NCBI GenBank assembly: GCA_964016885.1
Contig: CAXHJY010001363.1
Location: 62,001 to 126,000, forward strand
DNA: 64,000 nucleotides
Source: Eledone cirrhosa
Taxonomy: Eukaryota
Reading direction: 5' to 3'
Shown here: piece after piece, positions 28,226 through 45,234 of the stretch
How positions within the stretch are numbered: the first letter of the stretch is position 1
Layout: each line of letters begins with the position of its first letter
The notes under the pieces: model-generated
Databases searched by the model: none
What the model was told of the DNA's origin: nothing
The model's input: the letters and a program-made list of their open reading frames with translations, nothing else
Made by a program: the position numbers and the translations under genes

Positions 28226-28934
28226 TTACATCAAATATTATCAAGCGGGTCAGTACCACATCGAATCAAGTGAAAGAGCACTACTTAGAAAAGAAGATAC
28301 GCCTATGGGTTCTTTCCCACGTGGAGACGACGAACTAAATACAATCATTACCAAAACAGACACAATTAATAGTAATTCCAGACATAAAGGCACAGATGAT
28401 TTCAAATGTAAATCAACGGATGGTTCTGCGAAGGATTCTAGTAGTTGTAAAGGAACGCTACGGAACGGAGGAATTACTACGTTTTCTCCTGCGACTACAC
28501 CGACACGTTCTGTTAGCGGATTGTATTCGGCAGTTGCTATGGAAACACCTAGGAAAAGCTGGGCTTCCGTAGGACCAGCCAGTCTTGATTTAGATGAAGA
28601 TGATGATGCACAAGTTAGTGGTTCAATTCAGTTACATGTACCGATTCGTCAGTCGTCAGAGAAACACAGAGTATTTTCTGATCGATTTTCAGACAGTGTC
28701 GAACATTACTTAGTAAACAACGATGAGTATGCTGTTGTACGAAAACCTGTTCGAGGTTCAACAAACGGAGCAACAGAAGAAATATACGCCACTCCACTGG
28801 ACAATATGGAATTAAGGAATCAGTTCCAAGTAACGACAGGGCCTTACTATTCAAAGCGACAAACAAACCCAAGACCAACATTGGCCTTCTCAGACAGCAG
28901 CAAAAATAGTAAATGGGAAGATGAATATTTTTAA
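28226..28934 (+). CDS. Terminal exon: ~235-aa cytoplasmic tail of a type I membrane protein, possibly Caspr/neurexin-IV-like
   Basis: Acceptor ttttttttattttcag; phase 2 joins AG+T=Ser into ORF 28203-28934 (SYIKYYQAGQYHIE...EYAVV...EIYATP...KWEDEYF*). Complex, non-repetitive sequence. Family assignment is by motif resemblance only. Confidence 0.88.
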
Positions 28935-29532
28935 ACTTTGAAATTCAACAAGATCTTCAGAAAAGGGCCAGGAAGACTACATAAAGCTTTTGCAGTCAGC
29001 ATATGAAGATCTCAGATTTATTGAACTATTTTAAGTTTGAAACAGTTATTGATACACAAGTTTCAAATATTCTTCACAGTAAACAGAAATACTTATTGTT
29101 ATGAACAACAAGTTGTTTGTTTTTCAATTCCCAAAAACCCTCGTTTAAAACAAAAATCCAGTATTTAATTAAAAACGAAGAGTATCAATTGAGAAATAAG
29201 AAAAGAAGTTTCAGTAAAATTTTATTGAAATATAAATATTGCAAAAGTACCAATATTTTATGGATTTTTGTGGTGTTTTTCTTTTTTTTTTTTTTTTTTT
29301 TGAAAAACAAAAGTGAGACAATGCAAATTTGCTAAAATGTCAAAACGTGGAATTTAAAATATATATTAAAAAAAAACGAAATAACAAATCGGTTTATTTA
29401 CTACATAATACAGATCTATGAAAGTATTATCATTTGTGGTTTCAGAATTTTAAAGTTTGCGAAACATGAGGGCTAACTTTGCTCAGTGACTAGAAGACAT
29501 CATTTCAAACTTGTACCACGAAATATCTTGGC

Positions 29533-30710
<1,178 letters not shown>

Positions 30711-30715
<5 letters not shown>

Positions 30716-31056
30716 GTGAATGTTTTTTTTTACAAAATCAAAATAAAACGAGGTGTCCTACACGAGTGAAAGTATAAGGAAAAAAGATGAAATCTAAAAT
30801 GCAACTGGGGTCTTTTTTTTTAAATATATTTATTTGGTTCCTTTACCGGTTTCGCAGTTCTTCTGCTTTTCAAAAGAAGAATTGAGATGGAGTGTTTGTG
30901 GTTTTTCTAACATCTGATGTGAGAAAAACCACAAACCCTCCATCTCAATTCTGCTTTTGTAAACCAGAACTGCGAAACCTGTAAAGGAACCAAATAAATA
31001 TATAAATTTTTTTTAAAGACTCCAGTTGCATTTTCATTTCATCTTTTTTCCTTATA
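30711..31056. mobile_element. Fold-back element (palindrome 30773-31056) with decayed hammerhead, family P6
   Basis: About 140-bp imperfect arms; minus strand CUU-UUGAAAA-GCAG AAGAA CUGC-GAAA-CCGG-UA-AAGG. Sister copy at 54952-55205. Confidence 0.65.
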
Positions 31057-31712
31057 TATATATATATAGACTGAGCAATTGATATTTCAACTTTCACATC
31101 ATGAAGGTTTTTTTGTTATGAATGAAAAGATGTTTCCAAACCCTTATTACACACAATGTGTTTCGCAACTATAGCATTTTATAATATCAGGAATGAAATT
31201 ATCCAGAACGAAGAACCGCTAACAGCAAAAATTCCTAAATCTATATATATATGGTTAGCTATTACATAGTTAAATTTCGATTATTTATGATACATTCCTG
31301 AGAATTCTCTTCCTTGGCAAACAAACCACTAAATAATATACACAAAATATTTTAGTTGTATCAAGGATAATGTTATGTTTTTCTCATTTAAGAGCATATG
31401 ATGAAACAAACTTTTCTCTAAGATAACCGTGATGAAATAACTTTCTTGAACATTAATAAAATACAAATATAATGCAATGTAATGATGTATTACAGAACCT
31501 GTTTCTGTGTAATGTCAGTAAACATCTCGATTTGTGTTGATAAATAATGAACATTCGTCGCTAAGGTGTTCATCATATTTTTCAATATAAATATGTACAG
31601 ATAAATATAATCAATTCCACGAAAAGAAAAACGAAATGACATTCAAATAACTACACTAAATATTATCTCCAACTTTCCAACTTGTATTATATACTCGCAA
31701 CTCGCAATTGTG

Positions 31713-31714
<2 letters not shown>

Positions 31715-31779
<65 letters not shown>

Positions 31780-31893
31780 CATATATCTACGTCTGTACTT
31801 ATGTATATATATATACATATATCTACGTCTCTCTATATATATATATATATATATACATGTATAACATATGTATATATATATACATATATATAC

Positions 31894-31976
<83 letters not shown>

Positions 31977-32416
31977 TAATATATGTATATATATGTATAT
32001 ATATAGAGATATATAGATATACGTATATGTATACATATATATGTATATATATATAGATATATAGATATACGTATATGTATACATATATATATACATAATT
32101 ATATATATATATATATATATAGATATATAGATATACGTATATATATACATATATATATACGTAAATATATATATATATATATACATATATATATCCGTAT
32201 ATATATACATATAGACATACATATATATATACGTATATATATATACATATAATAATACATATATATATATTTATATATATATATATATATATAGACATAT
32301 ATAAAGACATATATGTATATAGGCATATATATATAGGATTATATATATATACATATATACATATATATATATGAATATATATACATATATATAGAGAGAC
32401 AGACATATATATAGGC

Positions 32417-32449
<33 letters not shown>

Positions 32450-32486
32450 TATATATATATAGACATATATATTTATACATATATAC

Positions 32487-32524
<38 letters not shown>

Positions 32525-32581
32525 GTATACATATATACATATATATATAAAAACATATATATATATATACATATATATATG

Positions 32582-32612
<31 letters not shown>

Positions 32613-32936
32613 TTACATATATATATAGACATACATATATATATAGATAGACATACATATATATATATATATGTCTATATATAAATATGTATGTCTATAT
32701 ATATGTCTATATATACATATATATATATATATTTATATATATATTTATATACATATATATGTATATATGTATATATATATATATAGACATACATATATAT
32801 AGACATGCATATATATATATATACATATATATATGTATATATGTATATATATATAGACATACATATATATAGACATAAATATATTTATAGATAGACATAC
32901 ATATGTATATGTCTATATATAAATATGTATGTCGTC

Positions 32937-32999
<63 letters not shown>

Positions 33000-34534
33000 A
33001 TTTATATATATGTATATATTGACATATATATATATATGTGTATATATATGTGTATATATATATATGTGTGTATATATATATATGAAATATATATATGTAT
33101 ATATATATATGTATATATGTATATATATATATGTATATATATATGTATATATATATGTGTGTATATATATGTATATATATATGTATATATATATATATGT
33201 ATATGTATATACATGTATGTATTTATATGTATATATATATGTATGTATATATATATGTATGTATATATATGTATATATATATGTATATATATGTTTATAT
33301 ATATATGTATGTATATGTATGTATATATATATATATATGTATATATATATGTATGTATATATATATATGTTTATATATATATGTATGTATATTTATGTAT
33401 ATATATGTATATATATATGTATGTATATATATATATATGTACGTATATATATATGTATAGATGTGTGTACATATATATATATGTATATATGTATTTATAT
33501 ATATATATGTATATATGTATTTATATATATATATGTATATATGTACTTATATATATATATGTATATATGTATGTATATATATATATGTATATATATATGT
33601 ATATATATGTATATATATGTATATATATATATATGTATATATATGTATATATATGCGTATATATATATATGTATATATATGTATATATATATGTGTATAT
33701 ATATATATATGTATATATATGTATATACATGTGTATATATATATATGTATATATATGTATATATATGTATATATATGTGTATATATACATATGTATATAT
33801 ATGTTTTATATATATATGTATATATATGTATATATATGTGTATATATATATATGTATATATATGTATATATATATGTGTATATATATATGTATATATATG
33901 TATATATATATGTGTATATATAATATATACATATGTATATATATATATGTATTTATATATGTATATATATGTATATATATGTATATATATATATATAAGT
34001 TAAAACATGTCATTACAGACATACTTCACTGCTTTACGATCGTTTCTATGTGATGATAACTAGGTGATGACAACTTACTGTGGATACCTCTGTGTATATA
34101 TATAAGTATATATAAATAGACATATATATATGTATGTATAAATAGACATATATATGTACATATAGAGACATATATATATATATATGTATATGTATATATA
34201 GACATACATATATTTATAGTCATATATATATAGACATATATATATTTCTAGACATATTAATATATATATGTATATATATATAGACATATATATATATTTA
34301 TAGACATATATATATGTATATATATATAGACATATCTATATATAGATATATATATAGATATATATATGGATAGATATAGATATATATAGATATATATAGA
34401 TATATAGATATATATATAGTTATAGATATATATATATATATAGATATATATATATATAGATATATATATAGATATAGATATATATATATAGATATAGATA
34501 TTTATATATAAATATATATTTATATATAGATGTA

Positions 34535-34606
<72 letters not shown>

Positions 34607-34851
34607 TTTATATATATATATAGACATCTATATATATATGTATGTATGTATATATATGTATGTATCTATATATATGTATATATATGTATCTATATATATA
34701 TATGTATGTATATATATGTATCTATATATATGTATGTATGTATATATATGTATGTATCTATATATATGTATGTATGTATATATATGTATGTATCTATATA
34801 TATGTATGTGTGTATATATATATATATGTATGTATATATATATGTATGTAT

Positions 34852-34883
<32 letters not shown>

Positions 34884-34894
34884 CTATATATATG

Positions 34895-34975
<81 letters not shown>

Positions 34976-35635
34976 CCACACCAACGATTTTCCTGTCCCG
35001 GCACTTATTTTAATCCGGATATAATTATGAGGTGACACCATATAGATTTCCCATGATTCCCAGACTAGTTAAATCACGTGATAAGGCATTAGTTTAAATT
35101 TTGAACATTTGAAACTTCATACTATCATAGCCGAGATGTGCAAAGAGTTTTTTCGAATTGTAATTTACTTCTAATCCGGCAAAATTCATAATTCATCACG
35201 GGTTTAGTACCAAGGGTGCCGGAAAATGGGTGGTATTCCTAGATACATACATATATATATTTATGTATATGTATATATATATATATAAATATATATGCAT
35301 ATATATAAATATGTATATGTATATATATATGTATATATATATGTATATATATATATGTATATATACATATATAGATATATATGTGTATGTATATATATAT
35401 GTATATATGTATATATATATTTGTATATATTTTTATAAATATGTATATATATATATATGTGTGTATATATATGTGTATATATATGTATATATATATGTAA
35501 TTATATATGTATATAAATATCTGTATATATATATATGTATATATATCTATATTTACATATATATATGTATATGTATATGTATATGTATATATATGTATAT
35601 ATATATATATGTATATATATATGTATATATATATA

Positions 35636-35715
<80 letters not shown>

Positions 35716-35728
35716 CATATATATATGT

Positions 35729-35782
<54 letters not shown>

Positions 35783-35851
35783 GTATATATATATGTATAT
35801 ATATGTATATGTATGTATATATATATGTATATATATATGTATATATATATG

Positions 35852-35902
<51 letters not shown>

Positions 35903-35903
35903 G

Positions 35904-35991
<88 letters not shown>

Positions 35992-36149
35992 TCTATATAT
36001 ATGTATATATATGTATATATATATGTATATATATATGTATATATATATATGTATATATATATATATGTATATATATGTATATATATGTATATATATATGT
36101 ATGTATATATATATATGTATATATATGTATATATATGTATATATATATG

Positions 36150-36184
<35 letters not shown>

Positions 36185-36191
36185 GTATATG

Positions 36192-36223
<32 letters not shown>

Positions 36224-36259
36224 TATGTATATGTATATATATGTATATGTATATATATG

Positions 36260-36325
<66 letters not shown>

Positions 36326-36437
36326 TGTATATATATGTATATATATAATGTATATATATGTATATATATATATATTTATATATATATGTATATATATATA
36401 TATAAATATATATATACATATATATACATATATATAC

Positions 36438-36486
<49 letters not shown>

Positions 36487-36597
36487 CATATATATATATA
36501 TACATATATATATACATATATATATATACATATATATATACATATATATATACATATATATATATATACGTATACATATATATACATATATATATAC

Positions 36598-36630
<33 letters not shown>

Positions 36631-36643
36631 CATATATATATAC

Positions 36644-36674
<31 letters not shown>

Positions 36675-36691
36675 CATATACATATATATAC

Positions 36692-36722
<31 letters not shown>

Positions 36723-36739
36723 CATATACATATATATAC

Positions 36740-36770
<31 letters not shown>

Positions 36771-36928
36771 CATATACATATATATACATATACATATATA
36801 TACATATGCATATATATATATATATACATATATATATACATATATATATATATACATGTATATATGTATATATATATGTATATGTATATGTATATGTATA
36901 TATATATGTGTATATGTATATATATATG

Positions 36929-36962
<34 letters not shown>

Positions 36963-37071
36963 ATTGTATATATATATAATTGTATATATATATAATTGTA
37001 TATATATATAATTTGTATATATAACTGTATATATATATAATTGTATATATAATTGTATATATATATAATTG

Positions 37072-37102
<31 letters not shown>

Positions 37103-37403
37103 GTATATATATGTATATATGTATATATATATGTATATATATGTATATATATATATGTATATGTATATATATATATGTATATATGTATATATATGTATAT
37201 ATATGTATATATATGTATATATATATGTATATATATGTATATATATATGTATATGTATATATATATATGTATATATATATGTATATGTATATATATATAT
37301 GTATGTATATGTATGTATATGTATATGTATATATATATATGTATGTATATATATATATGTATGTATATGTATATATATATGTATCTATATGTATATGTAT
37401 ATA

Positions 37404-37454
<51 letters not shown>

Positions 37455-37919
37455 GTATATGTGTATGTATATATATATATATGTATATGTATATGTGTAT
37501 ATATATATGTATATATGTATATATGTATATATATATATATGTATATATGTATATGTATATATATATATATGTATATGTATATATATGTATATGTATATAT
37601 ATGTAGATGTATATATATATATGTAGATGTATATATATATGTAATGTATATGTATATATATATAATGTATATGTATATATATATAATGTATATGTATATA
37701 TATATAATGTATATGTATATTTATATATGTACATATATATGTACATGTATATATATATATGTACATATATATGTATATGTATATATATATATATGTACAT
37801 ATATATGTATATGTATATATATCTATGTACATATACATATATATATATATATATAATATACCTATATATAATATATAATATAATAAGCAAGCATACCAAT
37901 CAAAGACATTTAATACATG

Positions 37920-37960
<41 letters not shown>
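31715..37960. repeat. About 6.2-kb compound (TA)/(TATG)/(TACA)/(TAGA) microsatellite field
   Basis: Direct inspection; short unique islands at about 34000-34095 and 34975-35245. Confidence 0.97.
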
Positions 37961-39529
37961 CCCCAGATGTCGATATATACACTGAAACATAAAATGATTC
38001 CATATAAAAAAAGAAAACAATTGTATTTAACAAATTACTTGGCATTTTTTTTTAAATTTCCTGCAAGGAAACAGAAAACTCCGTAAAGTTATCGTTCAGA
38101 AAACGGTTTTTTTACGAAGATCATTTAAAGCTTGCGGCTTTAATAAAGAAATATTCATAAATGTCAACCTGAAAAACAATCAAGATACTAAATGTATAAG
38201 CGACAAAATATCAACGTGTTTTATGTATGTGTATCTGTATAATCTAGAAACATAAATTTTTTCGTTTTATTTTCGTTTGTAATAGTTATTTGTATACATG
38301 TTTTTGTACACACTTCTATGTACAGGAATCGATTTGTTTGTCTGATATAGATTCATGCATGAATGGCAATGTATGCAAGTTTACGTGATCTTTTACTTAT
38401 ATCAAAAATATATAGCTAATTATTTTAGAATATCTAACCTAGCAAATAGAGGACATTTTTTTTTTAAAGTTTATAGATTTATGACATATAAATCCTTCGA
38501 TCAACTTCGGTAAATATTAGGTTTCGGGCAATATATCAAACGAAATGTCATATCCATGCCATCATGTCATAAACCCGAACAGAATTAAAAGAATTATTAT
38601 TCCATAATTCCATAATATTCATTGATTGATCACAAATTTCAGTAACAGTCATATCAACACATTCTAACCCAGTCCGTTATTATAATATATTTGTGTTGCA
38701 ACATTTACTCACATATATGTTATATTGTATGCCTCACCTCTGGCCATTAATGAAACATGATATATAACGAGTAATTGAACAAAATAAAAACAAAAAAATA
38801 TATATAAGTTTTAGAGTTACTTTCAGACAGAATTTCTTGATAATTTCAGAGAGAATTCAGTTAAAATTCTGAAGTGCCTGATAAGAAGAATTTAACAACT
38901 CTTTTAGCCAGACATACTACCAACATTTATTCAAAGTATTTCAAGTGTGTTTAAGTCTGCTAGTGTGTGTGTGTGTGTGTGTGTGTGTGATTGTCTGTGA
39001 GTGTGTGTGTGAGTGTGTGTGTGAGTGTGTGTGTATTTGTGTGAGTATGTGTGCGTGTGCGTTAGTTGAAAGAAAAAAATAAGTTATACTGGATTCGGTT
39101 TAAAAACAAAATGTCTAAAATGTTATATTTGAAGCAGACATGTTGAATACTAATTAAGAGAGGATATTGATTAGTGTGAATGTCGTTCTTTAATTAATTT
39201 GAATAATCATAGAAACGGGTATGTTTCAAAATTGTATGTATGGAGCCATTAATGTGAAACATTATTTTTGAGAGATGCAGACGACATACAAAGTTTAACG
39301 AAAATTCATCTGCGTACACGAAGAGAGATTTTATAAAAGCATAACTGATACAGGGAAATGTCTTTATATACATACGTTCATACAGCATGTCTTTCATATG
39401 CATATATATGTGTAAAAGAAAGAACATTATACATACATGCACATATATCTGTGTGTGAGTATGTACGTGCACGTGTGGGTGTGAATGTGTTTATGTATGT
39501 GCGTTCGTATGCATGTATGTACTTAAGTA

Positions 39530-39571
<42 letters not shown>

Positions 39572-39986
39572 TGTACGTAGGTACGTAAGTATGTATGTAT
39601 TTATGTATGTATGTATATATTATGTATGTGTGTATATATTTATTAAAATATGTTTACGTTAAAGATTATGTAATTTTTGTCGAGGAGGACTAAACCCGTG
39701 TGTTGTTCATATATATATATGCATTATATTGTGTGTGTATATACGTATTCGTTGGTGTTTGTTTACTCCCCTCTTCCGATTCTCTATATACGATATTTTC
39801 TATATAAAAAAACGTTGTTTATATACATATATATATATATATATATATAAATATATATGGATATATACATAAATATATATACATATATAAACATATATAC
39901 GCATATATATATATACGCATATTTATATATGTATATATGTATATATATAAACATATATGTATATACATATATATACTACATATATG

Positions 39987-40023
<37 letters not shown>

Positions 40024-40510
40024 ATATATACATATATGTATAAACATGCATATGTATATATGTATATATGCATATGTATGTATATATACATATATATACA
40101 TGCATGTGTATATATGTATATATAAACATAGATATACATGAATATGTATATATATATATATATATATAAACATATACATGCATGTGCGTGTGTGTATGTA
40201 TGTGTGTATACATGTATTATTAATGGTACACAATTTTCAACAAAATCACAATAGAAATAAGTGATGAGGAGATCCAGGTTATGTTAATTAATGGACTATA
40301 TTAAGTTACGTCCCTTTGTCACTGATAAAGGCTGACGTGTTTATCAATTTGATAATTCCAATACATATGACATCGAAATTTTCCAATTCAAAATAATGGA
40401 AATTTTATTAACAAATATCAAATATGATCTTTTTCTAAATAAAAGAAGAATTAACTTTTGTTTGTATTTCTTTTGTCATTCTCCATGTGTATTATTATTA
40501 TGCCTAACAC

Positions 40511-40940
40511 CGGGGCGGTGAATCGGCAGTATCGGTAGAGGGTCGGACGCCATGCTTTGCAGCATAGAGTTACGCCCCTTTACAGTCTGAGTTCAAATCC
40601 CGCCGAGGTTAACTTTGCCTTTCATCCTTACGATGTCGATAAAATAAAGTACCAGTAATACACTGGGATAATTGCTGGCCTTGTGCCGAAAGTAGAAACA
40701 ATGTTAGACACTAACACCAGGGCGGTGAATCGGCAGTATCGGTAGAGCGTCGGACACCGTGCTTGGCAGCATAGAGTTACGCCCCTTTACGATCTGAGTT
40801 CAAATCCCGCCGAGGTTGATTTTGCCTTTCATCCCAACGAGGTCGATAAAATGAAGTACTAGTAACGTACTGGGGTCGATTTAATCGATTACAAAATTAA
40901 TCGATTTAAAATTAATCGATTTAAAAAATTACTGGCCTTG
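40511..40940 (+). mobile_element. Two tandem SINEs
   Basis: Both start ggcggtgaatcggcagtatcggtagag, each preceded by ctaacacc. Confidence 0.88.
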
Positions 40941-41177
40941 AAATCATTGTTATGTCTAACATCCAATTTTTCGTACATTTTAATCCCTTACAGTAAATTG
41001 TTTCACACCTCGTTTGGAAATTTTAAAATAAAAATTAGACTACAGCAGGATCTGAACTCTGAACAGAATATAAACAACTGGAATCCAAACTGCAAATCAT
41101 TCTGCTTAACATTCTACAGATTCCACCAGAGTAACCCCTTTGCAACTCATCCACCATTCTATAGTGAAAATATAATC

Positions 41178-41367
41178 AATTGTTTCTACTTTTGGCACAG
41201 GCCAGCAATTACCCAGTGCATTACTGGTACTTTATTTTATCGACTCCGTAAAGATGAAAGGCAAAGTTAACCTCGGCGGGATTTGAACTCAGTCCGTAAA
41301 AGGATGTAACTCTATGCTGCAAAGCATAGCGTCCGATCCTCTACCGATACTGCCAATCCACCGCCCT
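41178..41367 (-). mobile_element. SINE tail A with TSD
   Basis: tagtgaaa(a)tataat on both flanks. Confidence 0.88.
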
Positions 41368-41686
41368 AGTGAAAATATAATTAATGTGTTACAAACTGTT
41401 GAGGTACTTTCTTTTCTTGGTGTTAACCAACGGAGATTCTGACAATCTTCCTCGATTAGAAAATAAATCTTCTATGGTGAAACAAACAGTGTTAGGAATC
41501 TTCTGGAAAAAAAAAACTCTTTTCTGATAGTCGCAGGCGTAGCTATGTAGTTTGCTGCTCAATCACGACATTCAGAGCTCCGTCTCACTGTGCGACACCT
41601 TGGACAAGGGTCTTTTACTATAGCTTTGGATTGGCTAATGTCACATGAGTGAAATTTTGTACACGGTGACTGTAGAATCGTATCGC

Positions 41687-41763
<77 letters not shown>

Positions 41764-41792
41764 AAAGAATAGAGGTGTAACACACAATTTAT

Positions 41793-41992
41793 TATATATT
41801 GGTAAACGGAATAGAAAATGCTGACAAATTGTTCACAGTTGAAAAATGGTTTAATTAGGAATAAAAGAGTATTAGTAATTATATGGGTTAGTATTCAGTT
41901 GTACAATTACTAATACTCTTTTATTCCTAATTAAACCATTTTTCAACTGTGAACAATTTGTCAGCATTTTCTATTCCGTTTACCAATATATA
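41793..41992. repeat. Perfect 88-bp inverted repeat with 24-nt spacer, between (TA)n tracts
   Basis: 41793-41880 is the reverse complement of 41905-41992. Confidence 0.9.
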
Positions 41993-42135
41993 TATATATA
42001 TATATAAAATGTAGGAGGTGAGTTTTATTGTAGTACAATAAAGCAATGCAGATATCGGATAAGAAGCACTCTACAGTTTGTAGGACTGGAGTATACATAA
42101 TATATAAGATCAAAAGATGGTTAAAGGAGTTCTCC

Positions 42136-42206
42136 TGTTTTATCTGATGAAAACGCAAATATTATTGCATGATGATGTTTGTTTTTGAAATGCGCATAAT
42201 AAAATA
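42136..42206 (+). ncRNA. Type I hammerhead ribozyme motif inside a long hairpin
   Basis: UGUUUUAU-CUGAUGA-AAAC...GUUUUU-GAAA-UGCGCA-UA-AUAAAAUA with palindromic helix III AUGCGCAU; stem I is extended by ~36-bp inverted arms (about 42098-42244). Confidence 0.75.
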
Positions 42207-42830
42207 CATGGAACTCCTTTAACCATCTTTTGATCTTATATATTATATATATATATATATATGCGCGCGCGTATGTGTGTGCCAGACTTTATACAATAAG
42301 TACTGGGATCAATTTGATCGGCTAAATCAAGATGTTACCCTCAGGAGGAGGGCCGGAGCCTAATGACTAAAACTTGTAAAAGAATAAAAGATTAACATGA
42401 TTAAAAGATTACAGAGTTTATAGTTGGAGAAAATGACCAGAATTCGAAGCAATAATAATACTCCAGTTCCTCCAACCTCCTTGCCAAATAATTTCTGATA
42501 ATTATATTTACTAAGTTACTAAGTTACGTAGGCGACAAAAGCTTGATTTTTTTTTTAATCAAACGTCTTGACTACCAATAACACAGTAATCCCCACCAGA
42601 AATTTATCTTTTTTATCACCGCCAACATTCCCCATATTCATTCAAAGAGTTTGATAATAGGGTAAATAAAACAATACAAAACAAAGCAACATCCTCATCA
42701 TAATAACTATAGTGGCATACGGCGTTTCTTGGGCATTATCAGCCTGGCAGAGCTCATCTCCTCTCCAGGTCTGAACATAGCATATTTCTTCCAGAAAAAG
42801 ATAGAGAGCGAGTGAATGGAAATGAGAAAG

Positions 42831-42869
<39 letters not shown>

Positions 42870-43409
42870 AAGAATTGACCCCAGTACTTTTTTTATCGAC
42901 CTCGAATGGACGAAAGGCAAAGATGACCTCGGTGGGATTTGAATACCATAAAAGCATTTTATCCGACGTTCTAACGACTCTGCCAATTCGCCGCCTATAC
43001 AACACTACTACCTACCTACAAATACCCACAAACACATGCAAGAACTAATCGTCTCCCGTGACAGCTTCTCTTAAGATTCATAATTTGGGGATTTCATAAT
43101 TTTACTATCACTTCAAAGACAAGAAATCCTTTAGAAATCCCTAAGCAACTGTTGTTCTCAACAAGATCCAACTAATCCTTCTCATGGATTACCATTCCAA
43201 ATAATGAAATTGCAAAGTCTCTCTTTTTCTTTTTCATTTTTGTTCCGAAAAACAAATATTATCAGCTGGATGACATACCGAAAGTCTTTGGTTTATTGAC
43301 CATTATCTCAATAGATTTTCTTGTTCGTCTCCAGAACTTTCCGATAATTGCTGTTGCATCGTTTCCTTCTTTTGTCTGTGGCACACACATTTCTGCTTCT
43401 TGTGATCTG

Positions 43410-43890
43410 CTCCCCCTCTTCTTTCTTCTTAAACTGTACGCGAAAAGCTACCTAATTTCAACCATGAATTCATTGCGAATCTCCTTCGATCTATATACTC
43501 TTGAAATACACTTGCTCTCTCTTTTCTTAAACTGTACGCGAAAAGCTACCTAACTTTAACAATGAATACCTCATACTAACAAATTGTTGTGAATCTCTTT
43601 CTATATACTCTTAAAATATACTTGCTCCTTTTCTCCTTAAAATTTACACGAAAATTTATTTCACTTTAACAATGAATTCAGTGTGAATCTCTTTCTATAT
43701 ACTCTTAAAATATAGTAGTTCCCTTTCTCCTTAAACTTCACGCGAAATCTATTTCATTTTAACAATGAATTCATTGTGAATTTCTTTCTATATATTCTAA
43801 ATATATAGTTGCTTCCTTTCCCCTTAAACTTTACGCGAAAATTTACCTCATTTTAATAATGAATTCATTGTGAATTACTTTCTATCTGTA
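43410..43890. repeat. Degenerate ~95-110 bp tandem repeat, five copies
   Basis: cttaaac..tacgcgaaa...aatgaattca..gtgaat at about 43428, 43526, 43636, 43730 and 43823. Confidence 0.8.
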
Positions 43891-44969
43891 TACTTTGAAA
43901 ACACTCATTCTCCAAAGTAACAGAACAAATCTCATTTGTCATCCAGCCCGGCCGATCCGGAAACTATTCCATTGGATATGAACAATTTCTTGCTTCCTTG
44001 AACAGGGTTATAGAAATAAGATATTACATTTCTTCCTTACAACAATTTCCCTGAAAATATTTTTGTGAAAATGTTTGTTTTTGAAAGTTTTTCGTTTTTT
44101 TTTGCTGTTGTTTTTTATGCAATCTTTCTCGATTTATAATGATACTGGTAGCGCCTTGCTCGACAAATATTCGAAGGAGATTGCACTTTTGGGTATAACT
44201 GTCTAATTTTCGAGCTGATGAAACAATAAATCACAAAACAGCAACATCGATAGAGACAGTTTATTCAACACGAAAGGATTTTATATTAGATTCTGGTAAT
44301 TCCTGCATTTCTGATTACTTGGATTTCACTGAACGGATTGATTTTCTGAAATACTGATAAAGCGTATTCACTCTGTTGAAACGTATTGGCAAGTTGATTC
44401 GCTCTTTTTTTTTTCCAAATACTTTCTAAAATTTTCTGGAAAATAGATGAAAAGTACCTGAATTTGTTGACCTAAAAACAATGGCAAAAAAATGAAAAAA
44501 TTTTGTTGACGACTATCGTAAAAATAAAGAATAGGCTAATAAAATCAGTTGATACGGTTTAAACAGACACATGTACTTACAGATTCATCGGTTGTCAATG
44601 AATGTTCTGTGCTCTGGAGTATGATGAATTTTGTGCGTATATTTCGAATTAATATGAAAAATTAAGTACAGTGGTTATGGTACCTTTTCTTATCGAGCTA
44701 GAAAATTCCATCCAGCGTTATGAGAAGATATGTAACATCCAGTTTGGTGACACCTGATGGCAACAAGCCACCCTCCATCTTAGATACAGCAGCCTTCTTC
44801 AGTCATCCGATAAATTAAAACTACCTGCATAAATATCATCACTCACTATTTGTCATGTCTTTATCAACAAGATTTTTAACAACACACAGAAGCTACCGAA
44901 AATCGGGATACAGATGGCCATACGTATGAATATGCCCCCACGAGGAAGTTAAATGACTCTTTCAACACA

Positions 44970-45054
<85 letters not shown>

Positions 45055-45191
45055 CTATAGAGAGAGAGAGAGAGAGAGAGAGAGCGATATATATATATAT
45101 ATATTAACCCACTCGATATGCAAATTGGGCTACTCAGCCGTTAATATGCATAAGGTAAGTATATACGTTCAACAATCTGGCAGGAAGGTAT

Positions 45192-45234
45192 ACGTTGCTG
45201 ACGATAGCTAATAAGCTTGAAACTAGTACAGCGT
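45192..45234 (+). ncRNA. Minimal type I hammerhead ribozyme motif
   Basis: ACGUUG-CUGACGA-UAGCU AAUA AGCUU-GAAA-CUAG-UA-CAGCGU: 6-bp stem I, AGCU/AGCU stem II, palindromic ACUAGU helix III, GUA triplet. Confidence 0.85.

Noticed and set aside
31682-38086. Long ORFs up to 761 aa (YIYI/MYIC)
   Set aside because: Translations of TA/TG microsatellites; the same applies to the ORFs at 10515, 21439, 46268, 52641 and 63462.
43040-44560. Possible very old LINE on the minus strand
   Set aside because: Composition is suggestive, but I could not read a diagnostic RT or endonuclease motif.
44575-44930. Minus-strand exon ending in gtaagt
   Set aside because: Stops were found in each frame examined; a non-coding exon cannot be supported from sequence alone.
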